64,000 nt of DNA, taken from Anaerolineae bacterium. GTDB lineage: Bacteria > Chloroflexota > Anaerolineae > CG2-30-64-16. The notes under the pieces were generated by a model. The model was not told the DNA's origin. It was given only the letters and a program-made list of their open reading frames with translations, and did not search any database. A program made the translations under genes and the position numbers. Positions 56,303-64,000 of the stretch are shown here, piece by piece; the first letter of the stretch is position 1; each line of letters begins with the position of its first letter. Where the stretch lies: positions 660-64,659 of the forward strand of contig DAOUBP010000038.1 of assembly GCA_034432655.1 (NCBI GenBank). The letters run 5' to 3'.

Positions 56303-59300
56303 ATGAGAATTGGTCTTCTGATTTCCCGGTTGGATCGGGGCTTCCACCGTACGGCCTGGCTGAGCGTTGCGGAGACGGCCCGGCGCCATGGTGTGGACGC
56401 GATCTGCTTCGACGGCGGCGTGCTGGCGCCCGATGACGAACTGGCGCGCAAGAGCAACGCGCTCTATGACCTGATCAGCGCCGAAACGATGGACGGGCTG
56501 CTGGTCTGGTCGAGCTGCCTGGATTGGTCGGTGCAGCCGGGCGCGATGCAGGCGTTCTGTGAGCGGTTTCGTCCCCTGCCGCTGGTGAGCATCGGCCGCG
56601 CGCTGGCCGGCTTTCCCTCGGTCCTGGTGGACAATTACCAGGGGATGCGGGAAGCGGTCTGCCACCTCATCGAAGTGCACGGCTATCGGCGCATCGCCTT
56701 TCTGCGTGGGCCGGTCGGTAACGCCGAGGAGGTACTGCGCTATCGGGCTTACGTTGACGCGCTGGACGAGCACGGCATTCCCCTGGACCCGTTGTTGATC
56801 TCCACGCACACAAGCTGGGAGCGCTCAGACGGCACGGCAATGGTCCAGTTATTGGTGGACGAGCGTGGCCTGCGGCCAGGCCGCGATTTCCAGGCGCTGG
56901 TTTCCGTGGGCGACGATATGGCCTGTGGCGCGATGGAGGCATTGATCGCGCGCGGGGTGCGCATCCCTGATGACGTGGCGATCGTGGGCTTCAACGACGA
57001 CCAGGAGGGACAGTCCATCGTGCCTTCGCTGACGACGGTGCGCCAGCCGGTGGCGCGCATCGGCGCCTGCGCGACAGAAACGCTCCTGGCCCTGCTGCGC
57101 GGTGAACCGGTCGCCGAACAAACGGTGCTGCCGTTGACGACAGTGATCCGGCAATCGTGCGGTTGCCTGTCGCCAGCGGTGCTGCAGGCGGTTGCTGTGC
57201 CCGTGCCTGCGCTGCCGCCGCACGCTGATTTGAAAATGGAACGCGCGCAAGCGCAGGGTGCCAGCAGTGAGAGCCTGGATCGCAACTGGGTCGCCCAAGT
57301 CAACGCCGCTTTCTGGCGGAATGTGCAGACCGATGCCTGTGCCGACGTGCGGCGCACCGGGCGTGGGGCGTTCATAACTGCGCTCAACGAGGCGCTGCAC
57401 CACACCGTCGCGGTCGGGGCCGATGTTCTGGCCTGGCAAGGGGCGCTGGCGGCATTGCGTCGCCAAGTCTTGGAACAGACGCTTACGATGGATCAACTGC
57501 GGTGTGCGGAGGATCTGTTCCAGCAAGCGCAGGTGTTGATCGCGGAGACGGCCGTGCAGGCCGAACGTTATCGGAGTTATCAGGTCGAGTGGGATGCGCA
57601 TCAGTTGAGCCAGGCGAGCCAGAGCCTGGCCACTGCCGCCGACCTGCGCAGCGCGGTTACCATGATGGCGCAAGAATTGCCTCGCGCCGGGGTCAAAAGC
57701 TGCTATCTGTCGTTGTACGCCGACCCCAACGCGCCGGACGGCTGGGCGCGGCTGGTGTTGGCGTACAATCAGGCCGGCCGGATCAGCCTGCCGGAAGGCG
57801 GCATCCGGTTCCCGGCCCTTGCGCTGATCCCGCCTGACTTGTGGCCGGCGCATGGTATGCCGCCTTTGCTGGCGTTGCCGCTGTACTTCCGCGAACGCGC
57901 GTTGGGATTCGGGCTCTTCGAATTGAAAGAAAGCGCCCTGGCAGGCAGCGAGACGCTGCGCCAGCAGATCAGCAGCGCGCTGGAAGGCGCTCTGTTACGT
58001 GAGGATCTCGCCCGCGCCTGGCGGCAGGCCGAAGATGCTAACCAACTGAAAAGCCGCTTTCTGGCCATGGTCAGCCATGAACTGCGCACACCCCTCAGCC
58101 TGATCGTGGGCACCATCGAGATGCTGCAACGCGAGGGCGCTGGCGCGAGGGCCGAACACAGCGACACGTATCGCCGGGACCTGGCCCGCATTCACACCAG
58201 CGCCCAGCACCTCAGCCGGCTGATCGGCGATGTGCTCGACCTGGCCAGCAGCCAGGTCGGCGAGCTGCGCCTGGCCTGCCAACCGCTACGCCTCGACACC
58301 CTGATCAGCGAGGTGGCCGTCTTGGGTGAATGCATGGCGACAGAGAAGGGCCTTGTCTGGGCGTGCGAGGCGCCAGCCGACCTGCCGCGCGTCTGGGGCG
58401 ATCGCCGGCGGCTGCAGCAGGTGATCCTTAACCTGATCAGCAACGCCGTGAAGTTCACCAACCAGGGCTTCATCACCCTCTGGGTTGAACGGGGCCGAAA
58501 TCAGGTGATGGTGGCGGTCAGCGACACAGGCATAGGCATCCCGTTGGCCGAGCAAGAGTTCATCTTTGACGAGTTCCGCCAGACGGAGCGCAGCGCGCAA
58601 CGTGGATACGGCGGCATGGGGTTGGGGCTTGCCATCAGCAAGCGCCTGATCGAGCTGCACGGCGGCCAGATTGGCGTCATTTCATCGGGCTCGGACGGCA
58701 CAGGTTCCACCTTTTTCTTCACGCTGCCGATCTTGCAGCAGGACGAGGGGGTGCTGTCGCCGGCAAAGAGTCGCGCCGGGGTCGTCCTCGTGTTGACCGA
58801 GCAGGCTGCCTCCGGCGCGCGCGTGCGCCAACATCTGGTCCGCCGGGGCTACGAGGTAGAGGTGCTGGTTGTTGACCCGGCCTCTGACTGGCTGGCCCAG
58901 GTGCTGATGGCTCCGCCCGGCGCCATTGTGCTGGACGCCGAACCGGCTGCAGAGCAAGGCTGGCAGTTGATGCAGGCGCTCAAGCAAAGCTCAACGACCT
59001 GCGACATCCCGGTGATCTTCTACAGCCTCTCGGCTGAGCGGGACGCCGGCAGCTTGTTGATGGTGGACTACCTGGGCAAGCCGGTCACCGAGGAAGCCTT
59101 GACGCAGGCGTTGGCGCGCCAGGGGGTGAGCACAGGCCCCGGCAAACGACCGACGATCCTGGTCGTGGAGGATGATCCGGGCATCCAGGAACTGCACGCG
59201 CGCATCGTGCGCGCCCATATTCCTGGCAGCCGGATCATGCGTGCCAGCAACGGCGCCGAAGCATTGGCCATCATGGCAACCACAACACCGGACCTGGTGT

Positions 59301-59881
59301 TGCTTGATCTGATGATGCCGCAGGTGGACGGGTTCGCCGTGTTGGAACAGATGCGGCAGGACCGCCGGACGCGGGGCGTGCCGGTCATCGTGCTTACGGC
59401 CCAGATGCTCACCGGCGCCGAGATGGCGCGGCTGCAGCGCGGGGTGGTTGCCGTGCTGCGCAAGGAATTGTTCTCGGAAGCCGAAGTCCTGGCCCAGGTA
59501 GAGGCCGCGCTGGCCCATAGCAAACGTTTAGGAGACGAGGCGCAGCGGATCGCGCGCCTGGCCATGGCCTATATTCACGAGCATTACGCCGAACCCGTTT
59601 CCCGGGAGGCCCTGGCGGCCGCGGTGGGCGTCAGCGAGCGTTACCTGACCCGCTGCTTCAAACAGGAGACCGGCATCACGCCGGTCGTCTATCTCAACCG
59701 CTATCGCATCCGGCAGGCATGCCATCTTCTCGAAATCGGCGAACGCAACGTGACCGAAGTGGCGCTGGCCTGCGGCTTCGATGATAGCAACTACTTCGGC
59801 AAGGTCTTCCGGGCCGAGATGGGCGTGTCCCCGCGCGCCTACCAGCGCGGGCTGCGCGCTCCCACCACCTCCCGGACATAG
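56303..59881 (+). CDS. cytoplasmic hybrid sensor/regulator: LacI-type sugar-binding domain + histidine kinase + pseudo-receiver + receiver + AraC-type HTH
   Basis: Peripla_BP_3-like N-term (no HTH, no signal peptide); HELRTPLSLIVGTIEML; HATPase GYGGMGLGLAI; REC ILVVEDDPGIQ...LLDLMMP; C-term AraC HTH GFDDSNYFGKVFRAEMGVSPRAY. Confidence 0.8.
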   Translation: MRIGLLISRLDRGFHRTAWLSVAETARRHGVDAICFDGGVLAPDDELARKSNALYDLISAETMDGLLVWSSCLDWSVQPGAMQAFCERFRPLPLVSIGRALAGFPSVLVDNYQGMREAVCHLIEVHGYRRIAFLRGPVGNAEEVLRYRAYVDALDEHGIPLDPLLISTHTSWERSDGTAMVQLLVDERGLRPGRDFQALVSVGDDMACGAMEALIARGVRIPDDVAIVGFNDDQEGQSIVPSLTTVRQPVARIGACATETLLALLRGEPVAEQTVLPLTTVIRQSCGCLSPAVLQAVAVPVPALPPHADLKMERAQAQGASSESLDRNWVAQVNAAFWRNVQTDACADVRRTGRGAFITALNEALHHTVAVGADVLAWQGALAALRRQVLEQTLTMDQLRCAEDLFQQAQVLIAETAVQAERYRSYQVEWDAHQLSQASQSLATAADLRSAVTMMAQELPRAGVKSCYLSLYADPNAPDGWARLVLAYNQAGRISLPEGGIRFPALALIPPDLWPAHGMPPLLALPLYFRERALGFGLFELKESALAGSETLRQQISSALEGALLREDLARAWRQAEDANQLKSRFLAMVSHELRTPLSLIVGTIEMLQREGAGARAEHSDTYRRDLARIHTSAQHLSRLIGDVLDLASSQVGELRLACQPLRLDTLISEVAVLGECMATEKGLVWACEAPADLPRVWGDRRRLQQVILNLISNAVKFTNQGFITLWVERGRNQVMVAVSDTGIGIPLAEQEFIFDEFRQTERSAQRGYGGMGLGLAISKRLIELHGGQIGVISSGSDGTGSTFFFTLPILQQDEGVLSPAKSRAGVVLVLTEQAASGARVRQHLVRRGYEVEVLVVDPASDWLAQVLMAPPGAIVLDAEPAAEQGWQLMQALKQSSTTCDIPVIFYSLSAERDAGSLLMVDYLGKPVTEEALTQALARQGVSTGPGKRPTILVVEDDPGIQELHARIVRAHIPGSRIMRASNGAEALAIMATTTPDLVLLDLMMPQVDGFAVLEQMRQDRRTRGVPVIVLTAQMLTGAEMARLQRGVVAVLRKELFSEAEVLAQVEAALAHSKRLGDEAQRIARLAMAYIHEHYAEPVSREALAAAVGVSERYLTRCFKQETGITPVVYLNRYRIRQACHLLEIGERNVTEVALACGFDDSNYFGKVFRAEMGVSPRAYQRGLRAPTTSRT

Positions 59882-60003
59882 CGTCCATTTGAATCCAATC
59901 CGACGATTTCGCGCTCCAATTTTACGAGAAAAAATCCCCCCTTTGCGCGACAATAGCCCCTGGTAATAATCTGATTCACAAGATCATCTGACCCTCTATC
60001 TTC

Positions 60004-60456
60004 ATGGTCGCTTACTGTCTCATCGGCGAGGCCGATTCCTTTATCAGCATGTTGCTGGCGCGCTTTGCCCAGGCGTACGGCCTGCAACCGGTGCAGGCGG
60101 GCGTGGGTGAAGATGTCTGCGCGTTGGCCCGACAACTGCGGCCGGCCGTCATCTTGCTGGATGGCGAGTTGCCGGGCGCCCTGCGCGGCTGGGAAGCAGC
60201 GCGGCAGCTGCGGACCGACGCCGAGCTGCGGCAGATCCCCATCGTTTCCTGTTCGTGGTTGAATGAGCCTGACGCGCGTGCCCTGATAACGGATGCCATT
60301 GCCTATCTACAGAAGCCGGAGCTGCACTACGATGACTTTGCCGCAGCCTTGCAGCTGGCAACAGAAACAACGCGTTTGACTGGGACGGGACGCGACCTTG
60401 CTGATGCGCCCGGCCCGGGATCCCCACTTATCGAAGGAGAACCCCATGCCCGATAA
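60004..60456 (+). CDS. stand-alone receiver-like (REC) domain protein, degenerate
   Basis: VILLDGELPG with acidic pocket partly conserved; 150 aa. Confidence 0.4.
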   Translation: MVAYCLIGEADSFISMLLARFAQAYGLQPVQAGVGEDVCALARQLRPAVILLDGELPGALRGWEAARQLRTDAELRQIPIVSCSWLNEPDARALITDAIAYLQKPELHYDDFAAALQLATETTRLTGTGRDLADAPGPGSPLIEGEPHAR

Positions 60457-61456
60457 CACTGCCGAACGGCAAAACAACCGTGTGCGCACAGGCGCCTGGC
60501 TCGGCGTCTTCCGCGCCCGCGAGATGAGCGTTTTCGTTGCATTAGTCGCCCTGGTCGTGATCATGTCGTTCGCCAGCCCATATTTCCTGGATGCACAGAA
60601 CATCTTCAACGTGCTGCGCAACATGTCCACCATCAGCATCGTGGCGATCGGCATGACTATGGTGATCATCACCGGAGGGATTGACCTGTCGGTCGGTTCT
60701 GTCCTGGCGGTGTCAGCCATGTTAACGGCGCGCCTGATGGTGCAATACGGGCTCAATCCGTGGCTGGCCTTTGCGCTCGGCTTGCTGATGGGCGCCCTGG
60801 CCGGCGGCATTAACGGGCTGATCATCACCAAGGTGCAAGTGAATCCCTTCATCACAACGATGGGCATGATGAGCATCGGTCGTGGGCTGACCTATTTGTT
60901 TGCCAGCGGTCTCAAGGGCACTGTGGCCAGCAACATCCCCATGCGGGATCAGGCGTTGAACTTCCTCGGCGCCGGTTACATTGGACCGGTGCCCTTCCCG
61001 GTTATTGAGATGATCATCCTGGTCACGCTGGCCAGCCTGTTCCTGGCAAACACCGTCCTGGGGCGGCAGATCTACGGCGTGGGGAGCAATGAGCAGGCCT
61101 CGCGCCTGTCGGGCGTGGACGTGGACCGCGTGCGCCTGTTCTGTTACACCCTGACCGGCCTGCTGGCGGCCTACGCAGGCGTGATGACCGCAGGGTTGCT
61201 CTCCACTGCGGCCACCAATGCCGGGATCGGCACTGAGCTCGATGTGATCGCGGCGGCGGTCATCGGCGGCGCCAGCCTCGCGGGCGGCGAGGGAACAGTG
61301 TACGGCGCAGTGATCGGGGCCGCCATCATGGCCGTGCTACGCAACGCGTTCGTGCTGTTGGGCCTGCCTGTCTACTTGCAGACGGTGAGCATCGGGGTTG
61401 TGATCATCCTGGCGGTGGCGCTCGATCGCTTGCGGCGCCGGGGCCAGACGGTTTGA
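60446..61456 (+). CDS. ABC sugar transporter permease (ribose/xylose type)
   Basis: 10 TM pattern, GGIDLSVGS motif; RBS gaaggaga. Confidence 0.85.
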   Translation: MPDNTAERQNNRVRTGAWLGVFRAREMSVFVALVALVVIMSFASPYFLDAQNIFNVLRNMSTISIVAIGMTMVIITGGIDLSVGSVLAVSAMLTARLMVQYGLNPWLAFALGLLMGALAGGINGLIITKVQVNPFITTMGMMSIGRGLTYLFASGLKGTVASNIPMRDQALNFLGAGYIGPVPFPVIEMIILVTLASLFLANTVLGRQIYGVGSNEQASRLSGVDVDRVRLFCYTLTGLLAAYAGVMTAGLLSTAATNAGIGTELDVIAAAVIGGASLAGGEGTVYGAVIGAAIMAVLRNAFVLLGLPVYLQTVSIGVVIILAVALDRLRRRGQTV

Positions 61457-61547
61457 AAAGGAGGTGCAGTGCTGGTGTGAAAAGCTCAGGTCAATCCAGG
61501 TTCATGTTCAAACATATCTTGCATTCCGATTCACTCAAGGAGGAAAA

Positions 61548-62645
61548 ATGAAAGTCTATCGTGTGTTCTCTGCATTGGTGGTGCTGGCGATGTTGCTCGG
61601 CGCCTGCGCTGCGCCTGCCGCGCCCACCCAGGCGCCCGCCCAACCGGCCGCGCCGACAATGGCGCCTGCTGCGCCGGCCGAAGCCACCCAGGCGCCGGCT
61701 GCGGCCGCGCCGAAGGAAATGTGTACGCCGGCGGACGAGGCGACGGTGAAGCCGGTGGCTCAGAAGCCGGCGAAGCCGATGAAGATTGCGGTGTTGGGGT
61801 TGGAGAACAACCCGTTCTGGATTCCGGTGAAGGAAGGTGCGCTGAAGGCGGCCGAGGAGTTGGCGCCGTACGGCGTGACGGTCGAGTGGATCGTGCCTGG
61901 GGATCAGCACACCAGCGAGGTGTTTGGCCAGGCGGTCGAGTCGGCGATCGTGAAGAAGTACGATGCGATTGCGACGGTGGCCGGTGATGCGGGCATGGTG
62001 CCGTTCATCAACAAGGCGGTAGATGCGGGCATTCCGGTGGCGACCTTCAACTCGGAGACGGCGGAGCCGAACAAGCGGCTGTTCTTTGTAGGGGCCGACC
62101 TGTACCTGCAAGGACAGACGGCGGGCAAGGCGATGGCCGAGGCGATCGGCGGCAAGGGCAAGGTGGCGATCATCACCGGCTTCTTTGCGGTCGAGGCGCA
62201 CGAGTTGCGGCGCAAGGGCTTTGAGGATGTGATCAAGCAGAACTATCCGGACATCACCATCCTGCCGCCGGTGGAGAACCAGGACAAGGCCGACATCGCC
62301 TTTGCCCAGGCCAAGGACTTCATGACGGCGAATCCGGACCTGGCTGGCATCTACGTGACGGCGGGTGGGCCGTTCGGTGCGGCGAAGGCGGTGGAAGAAG
62401 CGGGGATGACGGGCAAGGTCAAGGTGATCTCGTTCGACTTCGTGGATGAGACGATGGAGTTCGTGCAGAAGGGCGTCATCTCGGCCACCATCGGCCAGGA
62501 CCCCTTCGCCCAGGGCCATGACCCGGCCATCCGGCTCTACAACTACCTGGTGGGCAATGTGCAGCCGGAGTGCGTCAAGCTCGTCACTCGCGCTGACCTG
62601 GTCACCAAGGATAACATTGACCAGTTCTGGAAACCGAGCAAGTAA
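61548..62645 (+). CDS. ABC sugar transporter substrate-binding lipoprotein
   Basis: lipobox LLGAC, Ala/Pro-rich linker, periplasmic-binding fold (KIAVLGLEN..., VVAGDAG). Confidence 0.85.
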   Translation: MKVYRVFSALVVLAMLLGACAAPAAPTQAPAQPAAPTMAPAAPAEATQAPAAAAPKEMCTPADEATVKPVAQKPAKPMKIAVLGLENNPFWIPVKEGALKAAEELAPYGVTVEWIVPGDQHTSEVFGQAVESAIVKKYDAIATVAGDAGMVPFINKAVDAGIPVATFNSETAEPNKRLFFVGADLYLQGQTAGKAMAEAIGGKGKVAIITGFFAVEAHELRRKGFEDVIKQNYPDITILPPVENQDKADIAFAQAKDFMTANPDLAGIYVTAGGPFGAAKAVEEAGMTGKVKVISFDFVDETMEFVQKGVISATIGQDPFAQGHDPAIRLYNYLVGNVQPECVKLVTRADLVTKDNIDQFWKPSK

Positions 62646-62677
62646 TTTCAGTGCGACCATAGGCGCAAAAGGTCTCC

Positions 62678-62738
62678 GGAATAGAGGCTTTAGCCGGTCA
62701 GCTTGTCAACATCAGAAACCGGCTAAAGCCTCGAATCC
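62678..62738. repeat. palindromic MITE/REP-like element GGAATAGAGGCTTTAGCCGGT-N19-ACCGGCTAAAGCCTCGAATCC (same family as 7035-7169)
   Basis: 21-bp inverted arms. Confidence 0.75.
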
Positions 62739-62779
62739 AGAACAGCGAAACAAGTTCTACATGAAGCACGGCGGCCCAT

Positions 62780-64000
62780 ATGACAGACAACCCTGAACCC
62801 ATGCTGCAGGTCATCGGCGTCTCCAAGCGCTACGGAGGCGTGCAGGCCCTGCGCGATGTGCAGTTGGACGTGAGGCCCGGCGAGGTACATGCGCTGGTGG
62901 GCGAAAACGGTGCAGGCAAGACTACGCTGATCAACATCCTGGGCGGCATCGTCCCGCGCGATAGCGGTCGCGTGATCTTCCGCGGCAAGGAGGTGGTGTT
63001 CGAGACCCCTGCTGAGTCGCAACGGGCCGGCATCGCCATCATCCACCAGGAGCTGGCGACCATCCCCGCGCTCAGCGTGATGGAAAATGTCTACATGGGC
63101 CGCATGGAAGCGCGCGGCGGGTGGATCAACTGGCGCAGCATGGAGGCGGCCACCCGCAAAGTGACGGACCTGGTGGGACTGGATGTCTCCCCGCGCACCA
63201 CCGTCAGCAGCCTGACCATTTCCCAACGGCAACTGGTGGAGATCGCCAAGGCGCTGGCGGCTGATGCGCGATTGATCATTATGGACGAGCCGAACTCCTC
63301 CCTGACCGAACGCGAGACCGAACGGCTTTTCGATGTGATTGCGCTCTTGAAACAGCAAGGGGTCGCGGTCATCTATGTGTCACACCGTATCGAAGAAGTG
63401 CTGCGCATCGCCGATCGCATCACCGCCTTTCGGGATGGCCGGTACGTGGGCACTATTGACCGCGCCGAGGCCAGCGTCAACAAGATCATCAGCATGATGG
63501 TTGGCCGGGAGCTGGCCAGTGCGGCGCGCCGGTCTTCCACGAACATCGGCGCGCCCTTGCTGGAGGTGCGGAACCTCTCGCGGCGGGGCAAGCCCAACCT
63601 GCAAAACATCAGCTTCACCTTACATCGAGGCGAGATCCTGGGGTTCGCCGGCCTGGTCGGCGCGGGGCGCAGTGAGACCGCACGCGCGATCTTCGGCGCC
63701 GATCGTTTTGAGGCCGGTGAGATTCTGCTCGATGGCCGGCCCGTGCGGTTTCGCTCGCCCAAAGAAGCGGTCGCTCAGGGCATCGGCATGGTGCCCGAGG
63801 AGCGCAAGCGACAGGCGTTGTTCATGAACATGTCGGTTCTCTACAATATCGGACTGGCGAGCCTCCCGGCGCGCTCACCGGGCGGGATCGTGCGCCATGC
63901 CGGGCAGCGGCAGCTAGCTCAGGAGTTCGTTCAAAAGCTCTCCATCAAGCTCAGCTCCATAGACGCGCCCGTCAAGAGCCTGAGCGGCGGCAACCAGCAA
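62780..64000 (+). CDS. ABC sugar transporter ATP-binding protein (two NBDs), 3'-truncated by window end
   Basis: GENGAGKTTL (Walker A), LSGGNQQ start of second signature; not in ORF track because it has no stop in window. Confidence 0.85.
   Translation, partial: MTDNPEPMLQVIGVSKRYGGVQALRDVQLDVRPGEVHALVGENGAGKTTLINILGGIVPRDSGRVIFRGKEVVFETPAESQRAGIAIIHQELATIPALSVMENVYMGRMEARGGWINWRSMEAATRKVTDLVGLDVSPRTTVSSLTISQRQLVEIAKALAADARLIIMDEPNSSLTERETERLFDVIALLKQQGVAVIYVSHRIEEVLRIADRITAFRDGRYVGTIDRAEASVNKIISMMVGRELASAARRSSTNIGAPLLEVRNLSRRGKPNLQNISFTLHRGEILGFAGLVGAGRSETARAIFGADRFEAGEILLDGRPVRFRSPKEAVAQGIGMVPEERKRQALFMNMSVLYNIGLASLPARSPGGIVRHAGQRQLAQEFVQKLSIKLSSIDAPVKSLSGGNQQ

Overview
This is a high-GC (about 65-70%) bacterial chromosomal segment. 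Gene content is Chloroflexota- or Thermus-like. I count roughly 60 genes and one tRNA.

The main gene groups are:
- A complete LysW-carrier alpha-aminoadipate (AAA) lysine biosynthesis cluster on the minus strand, 4091-14379: lysW, lysX, lysY, lysZ, lysJ, homocitrate synthase, a homoaconitase large and small subunit read-through, homoisocitrate dehydrogenase, lysK.
- A radical SAM plus AMMECR1 pair (AmmeMemoRadiSam-like).
- An acyl-CoA dehydrogenase, CoA-transferase A/B, and thiolase plus DUF35 block.
- A conserved housekeeping stretch: tatA-tatC, nusB, asp23, fabG, fabD, rpmF, yceD, coaD, recG, degV, yloV, asp23, rpmB, rpe.
- Two two-component systems, one of them in an operon with a Ras-like GTPase and a roadblock/SH3 membrane protein.
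- A copper-themed cluster: a Met-rich secreted protein, a PCYCGC protein, and a CuA cupredoxin fused to a cytochrome c domain.
- A sugar-utilisation locus: an FGGY kinase, a large cytoplasmic hybrid sensor (LacI-type sugar-binding domain, histidine kinase, two receiver domains, AraC helix-turn-helix), and an ABC sugar transporter.

Observations worth a second look:
1. A tRNA-Sec (selC, anticodon UCA) with a near-consensus promoter.
2. A DUF1573 gene with an in-frame UGA followed exactly 11 nt later by a perfect 7-bp stem-loop (SECIS-like). This is a candidate new selenoprotein family, with a frameshift caveat.
3. Upstream of lysW, a consensus promoter followed by two tandem Lys-codon-rich mini-ORFs, each ending in a strong intrinsic terminator. 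This looks like a double leader-peptide attenuator.
4. Several families of short tandem repeats are inserted in-frame inside essential coding sequences: four-plus heptamer families (CGTAYTG, CGTCMTT and others), octamers (TCCCCGCG, TGATTCGY, GGTAGRTT) and palindromic MITE-like elements. They sit in lysK, the dehydrogenase, lysY and the leuC-leuD linker.
5. They also encode N- and C-terminal extensions, and arrays in inverted orientation form long hairpins.
6. A four-helix-bundle (23S rRNA intervening-sequence-type) gene is flanked by octamer arrays between the two CoA-transferase subunit genes.

Coordinates for RNA and regulatory features were derived by hand and may be off by 1-2 nt.
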